The notes below the pieces were generated by a model. It saw only the letters and a program-made list of their open reading frames with translations. It made no database searches and was not told where the DNA came from. From Malacoraja senta (lineage: Eukaryota), in the NCBI GenBank assembly GCA_038087875.1, contig CM075987.1, positions 19,842,001-19,906,000 on the forward strand: a DNA stretch of 64,000 nt. The letters run 5' to 3'. The translations under genes were made by a program, and so were the position numbers. Positions 1 to 12,430 of this stretch are shown piece after piece (position 1 is the first letter of the stretch; each line of letters opens with the position of its first letter).

Positions 1-2322
1 CTTCAGACTTTTCTGATTCGCTGCCCATAACTGAATCTTCAAATGGGCTTTGACTTAGATGACATATCACCATTTTTGGATTCCAGCCTCTCAGGATATG
101 TGCCAATATTATTAAGTTTTTGATTATTCATGTTGGAGTTTGGTGATGCATACATCTGAAATGATAATACTGAAATGATCGAGATCTTAATCAGCCCTTA
201 GTTATGAATAGTGCGCTCAAGTTTTTTAAAATAACAGAAATATTTAAAACTGGAAGTGGAACAGAGTATAAGCTGGAGTGTTAGTAGTAGACGACTGAAT
301 TATAAGGAAATACTTGAACATTCGGAATATTTAATGTTGAAGACATGACATTGTTGAATAGGAAAAATGAGTAATCAAAAAAATTGATAAGTTAGTATTC
401 GAGCATTATTTAAAATTAAATTGATTACAGGAGAGGAAGTGTAGAGTGGTAAAAGGCAAATGTTTGTTGCTGTCAGGAGATGCATTGTTTTAGAAAAATA
501 ATTAATATATGTCATCTTTCAGGAGAATAGTGTAGGCAAAACTATAGTATGGAAAACAGATGGACTTTTGTAAAGTAGAGTGTTAGGTACAATTCTTATT
601 TCTACTGCCAATAGTTAAATATTGCAACTGCTGGAAATCTGAAGCAAAATCTGAAAATTATGAACTGTCTTTAAGTCAGGCAGCACTGGTTGAGAGGACA
701 GAAGTTAATATTTCCATTACAGAACTGCAGTTCTTAGAAATGCATGGTATTATATATGAACAATATTTTTTTTGAAACAGAAGATGGTAAAGGTGGGAGG
801 GGGCAAAGCCATTATGAACACATCAAAAGATGGTAAAGAATGCTCAAGAAGCAGAGGTAGCAAATTGACAAAAGCGAGTACACGTATAATGGAAAACAAT
901 GGCATGCATTAAACATTTTAAGGAAATGGAAAGTGTGAAAGTAACTGAAGAAGGAAAGTAGAATAGGAAATTTGACATAAGCAATGAAGTGGATTCCCAG
1001 TGGAAGAAAATAAAATAGCAAGTTGATTCCAAGGAAATGCATTTTACCAGCATAAACTGATTGGGATATTACCCCGATCCCAAGCACAATCCCATGTTCG
1101 GCATAATTTCCTTCTCTCTCGCATTCCCGGGGATGCTGCTATGTTTGCACTTTAAAATAGAACATACATGCAGTCCCTGGGTTATGTAAATTTTCCATTC
1201 CTGAGAACTGTCCGTTTTTTCATGTCAGAAAGAGCAATTCCAAAAAAGGTCAATTAACATGAACATTTCTTTATTGTCATTCCTGTGTAGTTACAATGGT
1301 ACAGAATTAGAATGTCTGACATCTAGTGGCTAGTTTCCATGACATAAATGTATTAATGAATGTTTCATTGTTTGCAAAATTATTTAACAATTATCAATAG
1401 AGAAGTTTGCCTTATCAGTTTCCAAAGTAAATCTCTTAAATGGGCTCCTGCTATGAATCAGCACCTGCGTTCTCAACAGATAATGGTGCCTGTTTGATTA
1501 CTGCGGGAATGTTACACGACTGGTTGTCTTTTGAATTATTTAGCTGCTACCTGTATTCCATTACTGCTGTAGTTGTTTGCATACCTGTGACGAACTTTCC
1601 TATTCCAAAAACTATTTAAAGAATGATGGAAGAATTTGCGTAAAGCCAGATTTCCATGTCAAGGCTTCTGTTATCTAGCAGTTCCTGACTGGCTGGAGTA
1701 AAATGATAATTAAAGTTATGATGTGGTATAGATATCTGTATTATGGCCTGACCAAAATTAGCTGAGTGTTTAATAGAAAGGAGAATGCTGTGTTTTAAGT
1801 GCCTTGCATTTCATGTATAAAGTACAGAACATGTTTGGTCATGGACAATAACTTGTACTGATTTCTTTAACATCTGTTTTATCAAGCATTTCTGAATTAA
1901 AATTCAATACTGGAAACATTAATATGTTCCGTTGAAAAAGTCTAATTCCAGAGTGTTACCCTTGTTTCTGTTTTTTATTTCAAGAGTGTAATTGTCAGCA
2001 GTAAGATTTGTTTTGAATTTCTATGAAGAGATAAGCACTTCTTAAAGAAGAAGAATCCTTTCATCTTGTCACTTGGCAAAGTATCAGAATGGGCTTGATA
2101 CCTCCCCTGCATGGATAGTATTGAGAATTATTAGTAATTGCACCATCTGACAATTTGATTTTCAACATGGAAAGTTTGTCACTGTCAATAGCGACTGACA
2201 TGCAAATTCACTGTGCTCCTTGTTCAGAAATGTGGCATGTTATGCATGACCAACATTCCAGGAGAGGTACTAATTTCCACTGGGCTGAAGAGGGTACATT
2301 GGAGAGGACATGGGTTAGAGTT

Positions 2323-2459
2323 GGGGTGGAAGATTGCAACCTTCACGTGGTCCGCCCTGTTTCGACGAATGCAATCAACCCGGCGTGCACAATCAAATAA
2401 GATCAAATAGAACAAGTTGTCCTACAACTTTAGGCTGTGCACGCCATACGCACAAAGAA
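2323..2459 (+). mobile_element. Short retroposed insertion (RTE-like 3' end) with 11-bp TSD
   Basis: GGGTTAGAGTT at 2312-2322 and 2460-2470. The insert is CpG-rich and ends GGCTGTGCACGCCATACGCACAAAGAA(G), resembling the GGCTGT..CGCCA...(AAG)n ends of RTE-clade elements. Confidence 0.7.
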
Positions 2460-4393
2460 GGGTTAGAGTTCTACATCCTATACAGTTAACATTGTTGCTT
2501 GTTCAATACTGTACAATATTCATCCAAATAATTACTGTCCTATGTTCTACCAAACCATGACCTTGGAAATACTATCATACCAATTGTTTTTTGCACAAAC
2601 TATCACCGTACTTGCACTTTCAAAGATGGGACTTTGGCTGGAAATATCACTAAGAAATTTCATCACATGACATTTGCCTGATTGCCTTTGTTACTCTACC
2701 TGCTTCTGTTGTTAGCTGCCCACAGGTTCATTTTCTTAGCATACCTATCCTCAAATCATTGTTACAATGAGAAACTTTTCATTATTCAACTGAATAATTT
2801 TTCAGACTTTTTGTTTACCAACTTCAATTTTTTTTATAACTTATAGACAAAATGTCTAGTGATATTTTTAATGCTTGTATGATTTTTTCCATTGAGTTGC
2901 TCCCAGTAGTATCTTGGAGATTAATATTCAATTCCTGAGCACTCCAGGACCATCCTAGAGGCTTGACTATCTTGATATTTTCCTATTGTTGATCCATATG
3001 GCAGGTCGATATTTTGTAAATGTCTATTAACGTTTGAAATATGGAATGAAAACCAAATGATAGAAATACTCAGCAGGCCAAGTGGAATCTGTAGATGAAG
3101 AAACAGAATTAACATTTCACATCAGGGACTTCCATCGGAATCTCACATTTAATGAAATGTCATTAACCTGAGATGTTAACTCTGTTGCACTCTACAGATG
3201 CCGCCTGACATAAAACATAGAACAGCACAGCACAGCAACAGGTCCTCCTCCTGTGGTGAAAGTGATGGCAAATTAAACTAATCTCATTTGCCTGCATATG
3301 ATCCATACTCCTCCATTCCTTGCATATTTACAGTATGTGTCCACCTGAAAAAACATCTTAACTGCCACTATCGTATCTGCGTCCAACACGCAGTGCATTC
3401 CAGGTACCTAACGCTCTCTGCGTAAAACATTTGTCCTGCACATATCCTTTACACTTTCCTGCTTTCAGTATAAAAATATGCCATTTATTATTGACATTTA
3501 CACCTTGGAGGAAAAAGAAGATTCAGACTGTTTACTTTATCAAGGCTCTCATAATATCATAACCTGCTGTATATTCTTAGGACTTGCTGGTAAAATACAT
3601 TTATTGCTCATCTTCAGTTGTCCAGACAAATTTGTGATGGGTATGATCCACATCATATTGCTCCCATATTCCCTTGTATGGATATTAAACATGATTTAAA
3701 CCTAAAAGATTTTGACCTTTCGACCACCTTGACTGATACAGGCAAATGATGGAGGCTCCTGTCATACCTTTGGATGAGTCCTAGTTGTCATTATTGTACT
3801 GATGGGAGAAAACGTGCTGATTGTCATTGAATTCACATTATACAAGTGTTTAGCTTTACCAGATTTTAATCATAGTTCCTAAAAGGATATTCTGACATCC
3901 GTTACAGGGATTCTTTTGAAAAATAAGTTGGAACCATATGTGGTAACCATGTGTGGGTTTAATCTTAACAACTGGTACACTGTTTTAATAATTTGAGAAC
4001 ATCATATTTTAACCAAGGTTTATTAGGAACTTCCTGTTATCAAATTCTTGATTTCTTTTACAAATGGACCTACCAACTATGAACATGCGTGAGTGCATAG
4101 TTGAAGTCATTGGCACTCACTTTTTTCCAATTAAAAGGCTTGTATACCGTTGCAATTTATGATACTTTAAGCATTGAGTCTTTTTTATACAACAGTGATG
4201 AAACCTCTGTCACAATCAAGTTCTGGCTCATGTCAGTTCTTTTTTTGGCTGGCTTCTCTTCTACGTATGTGCTATCTTGAGTGTTTTTTCTTTGCTGCCC
4301 AGTTAATTTGACTCCAGATGGCAATTTACATTTTTCTTAACTGCCACCATCTCATTTTTCCTGATTATTAGGCCTCACTGTAAATTGTGATTT

Positions 4394-4888
4394 ATAGTCA
4401 TACAGCGTGGAAACAGGCCCTTTGGCCCAACTTGCCCACCCTGATCAACATGCCCCATATACACTAGTCCCACCCTGCCTGCGTTTGGCCCATATCCCTC
4501 AAAACCTATCATATCCATGCACCTGTCTAAATGTTTCTTAAACACAATAGTATCTGCCTCAACTACCTCCTCCGGCAGCTCGTTCCATGCACCAGCCAAT
4601 CTTTGTGTAAAAAAGTTACCCTCCAGGTTCCTATTAAATCTTCCCCCCCTTGCCTTAAACCTATGACCTCTGGTTCTCAATTCCCCTACTCAAGACAAAA
4701 GAGTGTATTTACCCGATCAAATCCTTTCTTGATTTTGTACGCCTGTATAAGATCACCCCTCATCCTCCTGCATTCCAAGGAGTAAAATCCTAGCCAGCTC
4801 AACCTCTCCCTATAACTCAGGCTCTCGAGTCCTGGCAAAATCCTCATCAATTTCTGCGCCCTTTCCAGCTGGACAACAATGTTCTAGC
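4394..4888 (-). mobile_element. CR1 LINE 3' fragment
   Basis: ORF 4375-4680 RTRGHRFKARGGRFNRNLEGNFFTQR...WNELPEEVVEA is CR1 ORF2 C-terminus, followed by the 3' UTR GGGCCTGTTTCCACGCTGTATGAC. Confidence 0.9.
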
Positions 4889-5010
4889 AATATTTTGGGT
4901 TACAATTCATCAGTTATAAAACTCCCAAGAATCATACATGCTGTTTCTATTGTACAGTCATTCACTCTGAATCAGCAATTTGATTTTCCTTTTACAGCCT
5001 TCTTGCATCC

Positions 5011-5236
5011 TAAAGGGCCTGTCCCACTTTCACGACCTAATTCACGACCTCTGCCGAGTTTGCCCTTGACTCATACTCGCAGCATGATCATCACGAGGTC
5101 GTAGGAGGCCGTGGGGAGGTCTTAGCAGGCCGTGATGCTAGTCATAGGTCCTCGTGGCGTTTTTCTAGCATGGTGAAAAATATCCACGAATAAAAAAGGT
5201 CATGAATTAGGTCGTGAAAGTGGGACAGGCCCTTTA
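5011..5236. mobile_element. MITE with ~40-bp terminal inverted repeats, PIF/Harbinger-like
   Basis: Left TAAAGGGCCTGTCCCACTTTCACGACCTAATTCACGACCT versus right AGGTCATGAATTAGGTCGTGAAAGTGGGACAGGCCCTTTA: reverse complements with one mismatch. Flanks are TAA/TTA. No coding capacity. Superfamily is inferred from terminal motif. Confidence 0.85.
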
Positions 5237-7892
5237 CACCTGCAAGCAGCCCCTTCTTCATCTTAATCATTGCTTTTCAAGCATTATTTGTGATCTTTCC
5301 TTCAGACATAAGGGACCTGTTTTTCATATTTTTCTCCCTCAGTAACTTCAACTTTTTTGTCTCTCATTGCCTTAAAACAAAATAGGTGACCCCCATGTTA
5401 CGGCTGCTCGAGCTATGGAAATCCACCCTTACAGAATTCATAAAGCACCACCCAGAATTGGAAATGGGAAGAGGTCAAATAAACAGAGATGGATAATCAG
5501 AAACCTTCCTTCCCATTTTCATATTTAATCTAAAGGTGCCCATCTGCATGGCTTAACTTCCTTTAGTAGAAGGCTGTTTGTATTTTGAATATAAATCAAT
5601 TTTAGGAGGAGGTGGGGGTCTTTAACTTTATGTGTATGTAGTTCCTGAGATTCCTGGACCTGAGATGCAAGCAATTTTGTGTAGTTGAAGAGTAGATAAA
5701 CCAAGCTAGCAATGTCCTGCAGGTTCAGAAATTATTTCTTGACTGACCCTGTGAAATGACTTCTTCATAGAAGTTGTCCAAACTTTGCAGGAAGTTCTGT
5801 TAGAAATTAAGTTAATTTTCTAAACTTGACTGTTCTGAACTTTGGAACTGTGATTTGTTATTTGCACTTTAGAGGTCTCCATGGTTATATGATTGTGTGT
5901 GAAGTTTGCAGTGTAATGTCTTGGAACCTAGATGAAAAAGACAGGAGAGATAAGATCCGTAAAAAGATCAATGCATGAATTTCTGTACTGGATTCTCCCG
6001 TTTCATTTTCTGCATGTAAGCAGGGAGTAGAAGCAAAGGCAGGTGATGCAAATAAAGAAATATGACAAATAGAGAAAGATCTGAATGTAAGTAAATATAA
6101 AGAGCATGGAGCTAGTTTGGAAGTCTACATAAAAAGAATCGTAAGTTTTCTATTAGCATGCAAATAATAAACTGGTAGTATGAGATGGAGTAAGAGATAT
6201 GCATATGGAGGCAGAGAGATGTGGAGTAATGTTCCCAAAGTATGGACACTAGACCCATTGCTATTAATTAATCAAGTGATTTAAAACACCATTTCTGTAG
6301 TTTTAAATGATACAGTTTGTTAATCTACTCCTGCCGATACATTTAATATCGCCGGATTTGAGAGCAAAAGAGGCACCAACAGACTGAAGCCATTGTTACA
6401 TTCATAAGTGCTAATTGGTATTGATCAGAACTCTATTTAATTTTTGCCTGTACTTTCTTGGTTTTTGGCCGTATGAAAATTTAAGACATTTTAGTTTTAA
6501 TCATTCTTCTCTGCAACCTAAGATGGCACACAAGCCAGGCGACTCAGGGCTAGTCCCAGAAGTGGATCTGCTAAACTAAACTAAACTTTGACCCTGTGAG
6601 GGTAAATGCCCCTCTTGGCTTTTTGTGAAAACCACATTACTATTTTCATGTTTTATTCAAAATGATAGATTAAAAACGGGTTTCAGCCACGATTTAACAG
6701 TGGCACTTACTTGTGAATCAGATGGCATGTTTTGGATCAAAATCTGACTGTCAATAAGGTCAGTGAAATTCTCTTTGGTGTGCTATCTATCTAATATCTA
6801 TCTCTCGGTCAAAAACATCAAAACAACGTTATCATGTACCTTATTATTGTATCTGAAAACAGCCAATTACAGATTGAATGCTGCAGTGATCCACATTGCA
6901 TCCAGTACGGTGCTACATACAGACGCATTTTACTAGCAATTTCGTGGGTTTTTTGAGATTATGATAGGTGCTACATCAATGTAATTTCTTTCATTTTGTA
7001 TGATAAGAAAATTGTGGGTACTAATAGTCCATCTTCCTTCATGTGAGATATAGCCCAAGGCATTAGAGAGGTTTCTGCTGATTCCCATTCACACCAATTT
7101 TGCCAGAGCTCATTAATACTGTACTTGCTCAGCTGTCACCTTGATATCACGATTTTCATCTCATCTCTGGAGATCAGCTTTTTTCTCCATATTTGGATCA
7201 AGGCTGAAATGAGGTCCAGCCCTGGAAAAAAAAAAGACTGTTGATGAATGGAATATTGGTCACCAAGTACCAAGATAATACTGTCATTGACATCTCTTAG
7301 GCATGACTGCTGTTGTTTCTGGCATGTTTTACCACAATCCTCATTGAGTCCTGGATAATCTGATGCTGGTAGTGTGAGTGATATGCCAGGCCCCGAGGCT
7401 ACAAACACTCATGCATGATGTGGATGGACAATTTTAAGCTGTTGGTCCATTCTAAATCTGTGCCATTAATCACACTGAAAGTACCCCACAACATAATGTA
7501 GTATGATTTTGGTGTGAAGATAGGATTTTGTCACCATAAGGACTGCATTTAACTGAAACTAATATTGCTATGGACATCTTATAATTGGGTACAAGTGAAT
7601 TAATGAGATAATCCATGTTCATTACATTGAGGGTTATGTCTTTCAGCAGTCTAAAACTTGATCAGATGTGGTACTACTAAGTCTTTCTTGATGATGGATA
7701 TTGATGCCTCTCACCGAGAGTACATTATGCATATTTTGTTATTCCCACTGCTGCTTAATCATTGCTCAATGTGAAGCAGTACTGATTCATGTGATGATGG
7801 ATAATGACAGTAATCAGCAAGAGATTTCCTTTTCCGTGATTAATCTTGATGCATTTAGACCATAGTTCTGGAATCTATGTTATTTATTCCCA

Positions 7893-8210
7893 TAGATAGA
7901 CACAAAAAGCTGGAGTAACAGCGGGACAGGCAACATCTCTGGAGAGAATGAATGAGTGACGTTTCGGGTTGAGACCCTTCTTCAGACTGGTTAGGGATAA
8001 GGGAAACAAGAGATATAGACAGTGATGTGGAGAGGTAAAGAACAATGAATGAAAGATATGCAATAAAGTAACAATGATAAAGGAAACGGGCCATAGTAAG
8101 CTGTTTGCAGGGTAAAAATGAGAAGCTAGTGCGACTTGGGAGGGATAGAGAGAGAGGGAATGCCAGGGCTACTTGAAGTGAGGGAAATCAATATTCATAC
8201 CACTGGGCTG
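7893..8210 (-). mobile_element. Penelope-like element 3' fragment (ORF C-terminus, 3' UTR, pseudo-LTR)
   Basis: Minus strand reads QPSGMNIDFPHFK*, homologous to LQPNGMNIEFSNFR at ~10170-10215, then a pyrimidine-rich UTR and the CTGAAGAAGGGTCTCAACCCGAAACGTC...GATGTTGCCTGTCCCGC pLTR block. Confidence 0.8.
7955..7988 (-). ncRNA. Minimal type I hammerhead-ribozyme-like motif in Penelope pLTR
   Basis: Minus strand AGU-CUGAAGA-A-GGGU(CUCA)ACCC-GAAAC-GUC-ACU: CUGANGA and GAAA..UH core intact, helix II GGGU/ACCC, 3-bp helix I AGU/ACU, palindromic ACGU in place of helix III. Activity untested. Confidence 0.55.
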
Positions 8211-8299
8211 TCACTCCTTTTGCTGCTGGGACAAGACATGCCTTGGAATCATGTTGAAATAGCCTGAATATTGATTGAAAGTTCTAATTCTGTGAGTCC

Positions 8300-8535
8300 A
8301 TCCTTCAGTCTTCTCTGCTCCCAGATGTAAGTCCTAGCCTGCCCTGGCAACATCCTTGTAAATCTTTTATGCATTCTTTCCAGCTTAATGGCATCTTTCC
8401 TCTAGCAAGGTGATTAAAACTGAATGCAATACTCCAATTGTGGCCTCACCAATGTCTTGTACAACTGCAACCTAACATCTGAGCTTCTATACTCAGTGCC
8501 CTACTGATGAAGGCCAGTGTTCTAAAAGCCTTCTG
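8300..8535 (-). mobile_element. CR1 LINE RT fragment (degenerate)
   Basis: Reverse complement contains the CR1 LYKTLVRPQLEYCIQF-like block (caatactccaattgtggcctcaccaatgtcttgtacaac). Confidence 0.75.
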
Positions 8536-8994
8536 GCCTGTGACATAGAGCAACATTTCCGTTCCTAAAGATTATTAGTGAACGAGATAAGTTTTAATGA
8601 TAAGTACAGTAGCTTTATTTCTTTGGTTATATGGATGACCTTGGTTCTTTTTACACTAGTATTGGGGTTATTAATTTATTGATTTTTTTGTTTATTATAT
8701 ATTATTTGTATGTATTGTGTTACAGGTCTCATGCTGTTGCAACTAAGAATTTCATCGTTCTGTTATCAAGACATATGACAATTAAATACTCTTCTCTCTT
8801 GACAAGATTGAAACATTTTATCATTACTGCGATTATTTGTTTTAAAGACCTGAATTATTTAATTCGTTAAATTTACGTTCCATTGTTGTTTTAATGCACT
8901 TAAACTCACATCTTTGGATCGTTAGACTATGCCTCTGAATACTTGGACCAGTAATTGAACCACGATTCTATCATCCCATTCAATTTCCCTCTAC

Positions 8995-10649
8995 TAACAC
9001 GCTCCTCTGCTTGGCAGAGCTTGGCCCAGCCACCAACAATTTCTCTTTTGACTCTTCTCACTTTCTTCAAGTTGAAGGTGCAGCTATGGGCACTCACATG
9101 GGCCCCAGCTATGCCGACCTTTTACATTGAACAGTCCTGGTTCCAAATGTAAACTGGCACCATACCCCACTCTTTCTCTAACCTCATCGATCACTGCATC
9201 GGGGCTGCCTCCTGCACCCGTGCAGAACATGTTGATTTCATTAACTTCACCACTAACTTCCACCCAGCCGTGTAAATTCACTAGGACTCTGAACCTCTCT
9301 CCCCTTTCTTGATCTTTCTCACCATCATGGGATAGACGTCTAACCCACAAACTCCCATAGTTATCTGGACTACACTTCCTCCCACCCTGCCTCTTGCAAA
9401 GACACTATCCCCTAATCTCAATTTATCTGCCTCCACTGCAACTGCTCCCAAGATGAGGCTTTATATTCTGGGACATCCAAAATGTCCCCTGTCTTTAGTA
9501 AATGTGGTTTCCCCCCCTGCAGTCATAGATGGATTCCTCACCTGGGTCTCCTCTGTGTCCAGTAGTTGCTCTCACTTCTCCTCCCTCCAGGCAGAATAAG
9601 GATAAAGTTCCCCTGGTTTTCGCCTTTTACTCCACCAGCCACTACATCCAACACATCATCTTCCAACACATCTGTCACCTCCAACGTGATCTCACCATGT
9701 CATGTCTTCCCATCCCCACCCCTTTCTGCCTTCCGTAGAGACTACTTCCTCTGAAACTCCTTGGTTCACTCATCTGTTCCCATCCAAGCCACCCCTCTCC
9801 AGATATATCCCCTGCAACTGCAGAAGATGTAACAGTCATCCCTCTACTTCCTTCCTCACATTCATCCAGGGATGTCAACATTCCTTCCAGGTGAGACAGT
9901 GGTTCATGTGCACCTCCTCTAACCACAACTACTGCATCCTGCGTACCCGATGTGGCTTCCTCTACATTGGCGAGAACAAACACAGACTTGGCAACCATTT
10001 TGCCGAACACTTGTGCTCGGTCCACCAAGTACTATTGGATTACCCGGTTGATAACCATTTTAAGTTCTATTCTCATTCCCATACTGACCTTTCTGTCTCG
10101 GGCCACACCATTGCCAGATTGAGGCCACATGCAAACTGGGGGAACAGCACCTCCTATTCCACTTGGGTAGCTTACAACCCAATGGTATGAACATTGAATT
10201 TTCCAATTTTAGGTTACTACAAAACCCCCCTCCCTCTCCCTTTTCCCCCCACCACAACTTTCTATACCCCCTCCCCACATCTCTGTGCACCACCTGGACT
10301 CACACCTATTTCTCCTCTCTCCCTCTCTATCCACTTACATTCCTTCCTCTAACTTCACAGTTCACAACTCTTAAATACTTTTGTCTCGCACCTATCTTTT
10401 CATTTCTGGCCTTTATCCACCCATCTGCCTATCAAAAGCTCCCCTCACCTGTATCCACCTCCTACCTGCCAGGCTTTATCCTGCCGCTCCTTTCTTCCAG
10501 CTTTCTTTGCCTCCCCCTCCCCCACAACTAGTCTGAAGAAGAGTCCTGACCCAAAACGCCACCTATCCATGTTCTCCAGAGATGCTAAGTTACTTCAGCA
10601 CTTTGTGTCTTTTTTGGTAAACCAACAACTGCAGTTCCTTATTTTTACA
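8995..10649 (+). mobile_element. Penelope-like retroelement remnant (RT C-terminal half, GIY-YIG endonuclease, 3' pseudo-LTR); frameshifted
   Basis: ~9030-9120 NNFSFDSSHFLQVEGAAMGTHMGPSYA (PLE RT motif). ORF 9702-10190 contains CTSSNHNYCILRTRCGFLYIGENKHRLGNHFAEHL (GIY-YIG). C-terminus LQPNGMNIEFSNFR; pLTR block from ~10530. Confidence 0.9.
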
Positions 10650-11974
10650 TTCTCCCAGTCTTCCTTGTCTTCTTCAGATTACATTTCCATAACTATTGCC
10701 ATGAGTCAGTGGAAATGATCTGATGTTACAAAATCGAGATATCTCTATGTTATCCTTCTCATTCCAATAGTATAAAAGGTCCAGATTTGACCAGTGAACA
10801 ATCATTCATTTTCTCTTCATTTGATATGCATATGAACTTTTGTTTCCTAAAGGTTTGATAATGAAACTCACAGTCATAGAGAGTTGCAGAGTCATATAAC
10901 ACAGAAACACTGCCCATGCCGACTAAAATGCCCCATGTAAGCTAGTTCCATTTGCTTGCATTTTGTCATTTTCCGCTTATCCTTTCTCATCCATGAATTT
11001 TTTGTTTATTTGTATACTTCATCTTTTTCACATAAATGGTCCACTTTGTTAACTGCATATTAAAAATTACAAAAAACTTTCTACTCCAATTTGAAAAATA
11101 AAAATTTGGATAAGTATTGTGATCAATTTTAAGCATTTCTCGCAACTCCGCAGAGCACCCACAATGGCAGCTGGTCATGATTTGTATTTTCTGTTGTCTA
11201 TACAAAATGCTTGAAATGTGTAGCTGCAACATCTGTCTGGGCTTCAACTCCCCCACCAAGTGGGACAAACTAAAAAACAAATTGATGGAATAAAACTCTT
11301 AGACGTCCCATTGGACTGATCTGGCATACATCCAAACTGTCAGTAAACCTCCTTCAGTGCCTTCCTTTGCATTTCCAGATTTAATTTGTGTTTTTCCAAC
11401 TAACTAAAAAACGACAAGAAAAAAGTGTGACCATTCCAGGAAATTCAATCTGTATGAAAGACGTATTATCACAAGTAAATTTTGTAGAGATGAGAAAGAG
11501 AATTAGTGAAGGAAACCTAGAAATCTTGATTAACTAACTTGATTTCTTTGACATGGTAACAGAAAGGGTCGATGCAGGTAATGCAATGGTGAATCCAGTG
11601 GAATGAAAGGGGAGCATAAAATTACCTTAATGACAAGAAACTGAATTGCAGTGAGCAGTTATTTTTCAGGTTGGAGGAAGGTAGACAATGGGATTCCGCA
11701 AGGATTGAGCATTATTTGATATATTCATGTATTGGACGATTGGAGTGCCAATTTATAATTTGTAAATTTGAAAATAAAAGTAATCCCAGAATATAGATAG
11801 AAGCTTGATGTATAGATGTGTGAAGTGATAAATATTGCAAGAGAAAGTGAAGAAAGTCAGTATAAATTTGGTGCAATGTAAAGAGGATAAAAGAACCTAA
11901 AACCTTTGTATGTATGGATATCTGTAAATCTTTGCGTGGCAGGATAGGTTGAAATAGAGATTGAAAAACAACAC

Positions 11975-12430
11975 AATACGATACGATAAGATAGAACTTT
12001 ATTCATCCCTGGAGGGAAATGGTCTGCTAACAGTCACAACACACAACAAGGTACACGAAAACTTGAAATTAAAATTAACTTAAAAGTGAAAAAAAGAAAA
12101 AGACGAGCGACTGTTGGCTAGCTGCCGTGTGCACAGCGCTTTAACCGGAACAAACAGACAAACAAACGCAGCCTTATCCCTTGGGCAGCGGATTCTAAAA
12201 CTAGTGCCCCCCCCCTCCCCCACACTGGGTCCCCCTTTGTTCTCCCACCGTCCCTCACGGCGGTCCCTCCACGCCAGGTCCTCCATTGTTCTTCACGGTG
12301 GTCCCCGACACACCGGGTCCCCTTGTCTTCCCGTCCCCCCCTCACGCTCATCGACTGCTGATCGCGGGTCGATCGCGAGGCCCCACCGCCACTGCCGAGG
12401 TTCCCGCTGAGGCTCCAGTTGCCACCGAGG
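11975..12430 (-). mobile_element. GC-rich non-autonomous retroelement with LINE-like 3' tail, inserted in a decayed CR1
   Basis: Plus strand begins with a pentamer tail (atacgatacgataagata) and tttattcatccctggagggaaat, then a CpG-rich body with three gggtccc..ttgt modules; sharp composition change versus flanks. Confidence 0.6.

Noticed and set aside
1165..1215. Possible Tigger/pogo-like TIR (cagtccctgggttatgta), with a similar one at ~5385
   Set aside because: No convincing partner TIR found, so no element could be delimited.
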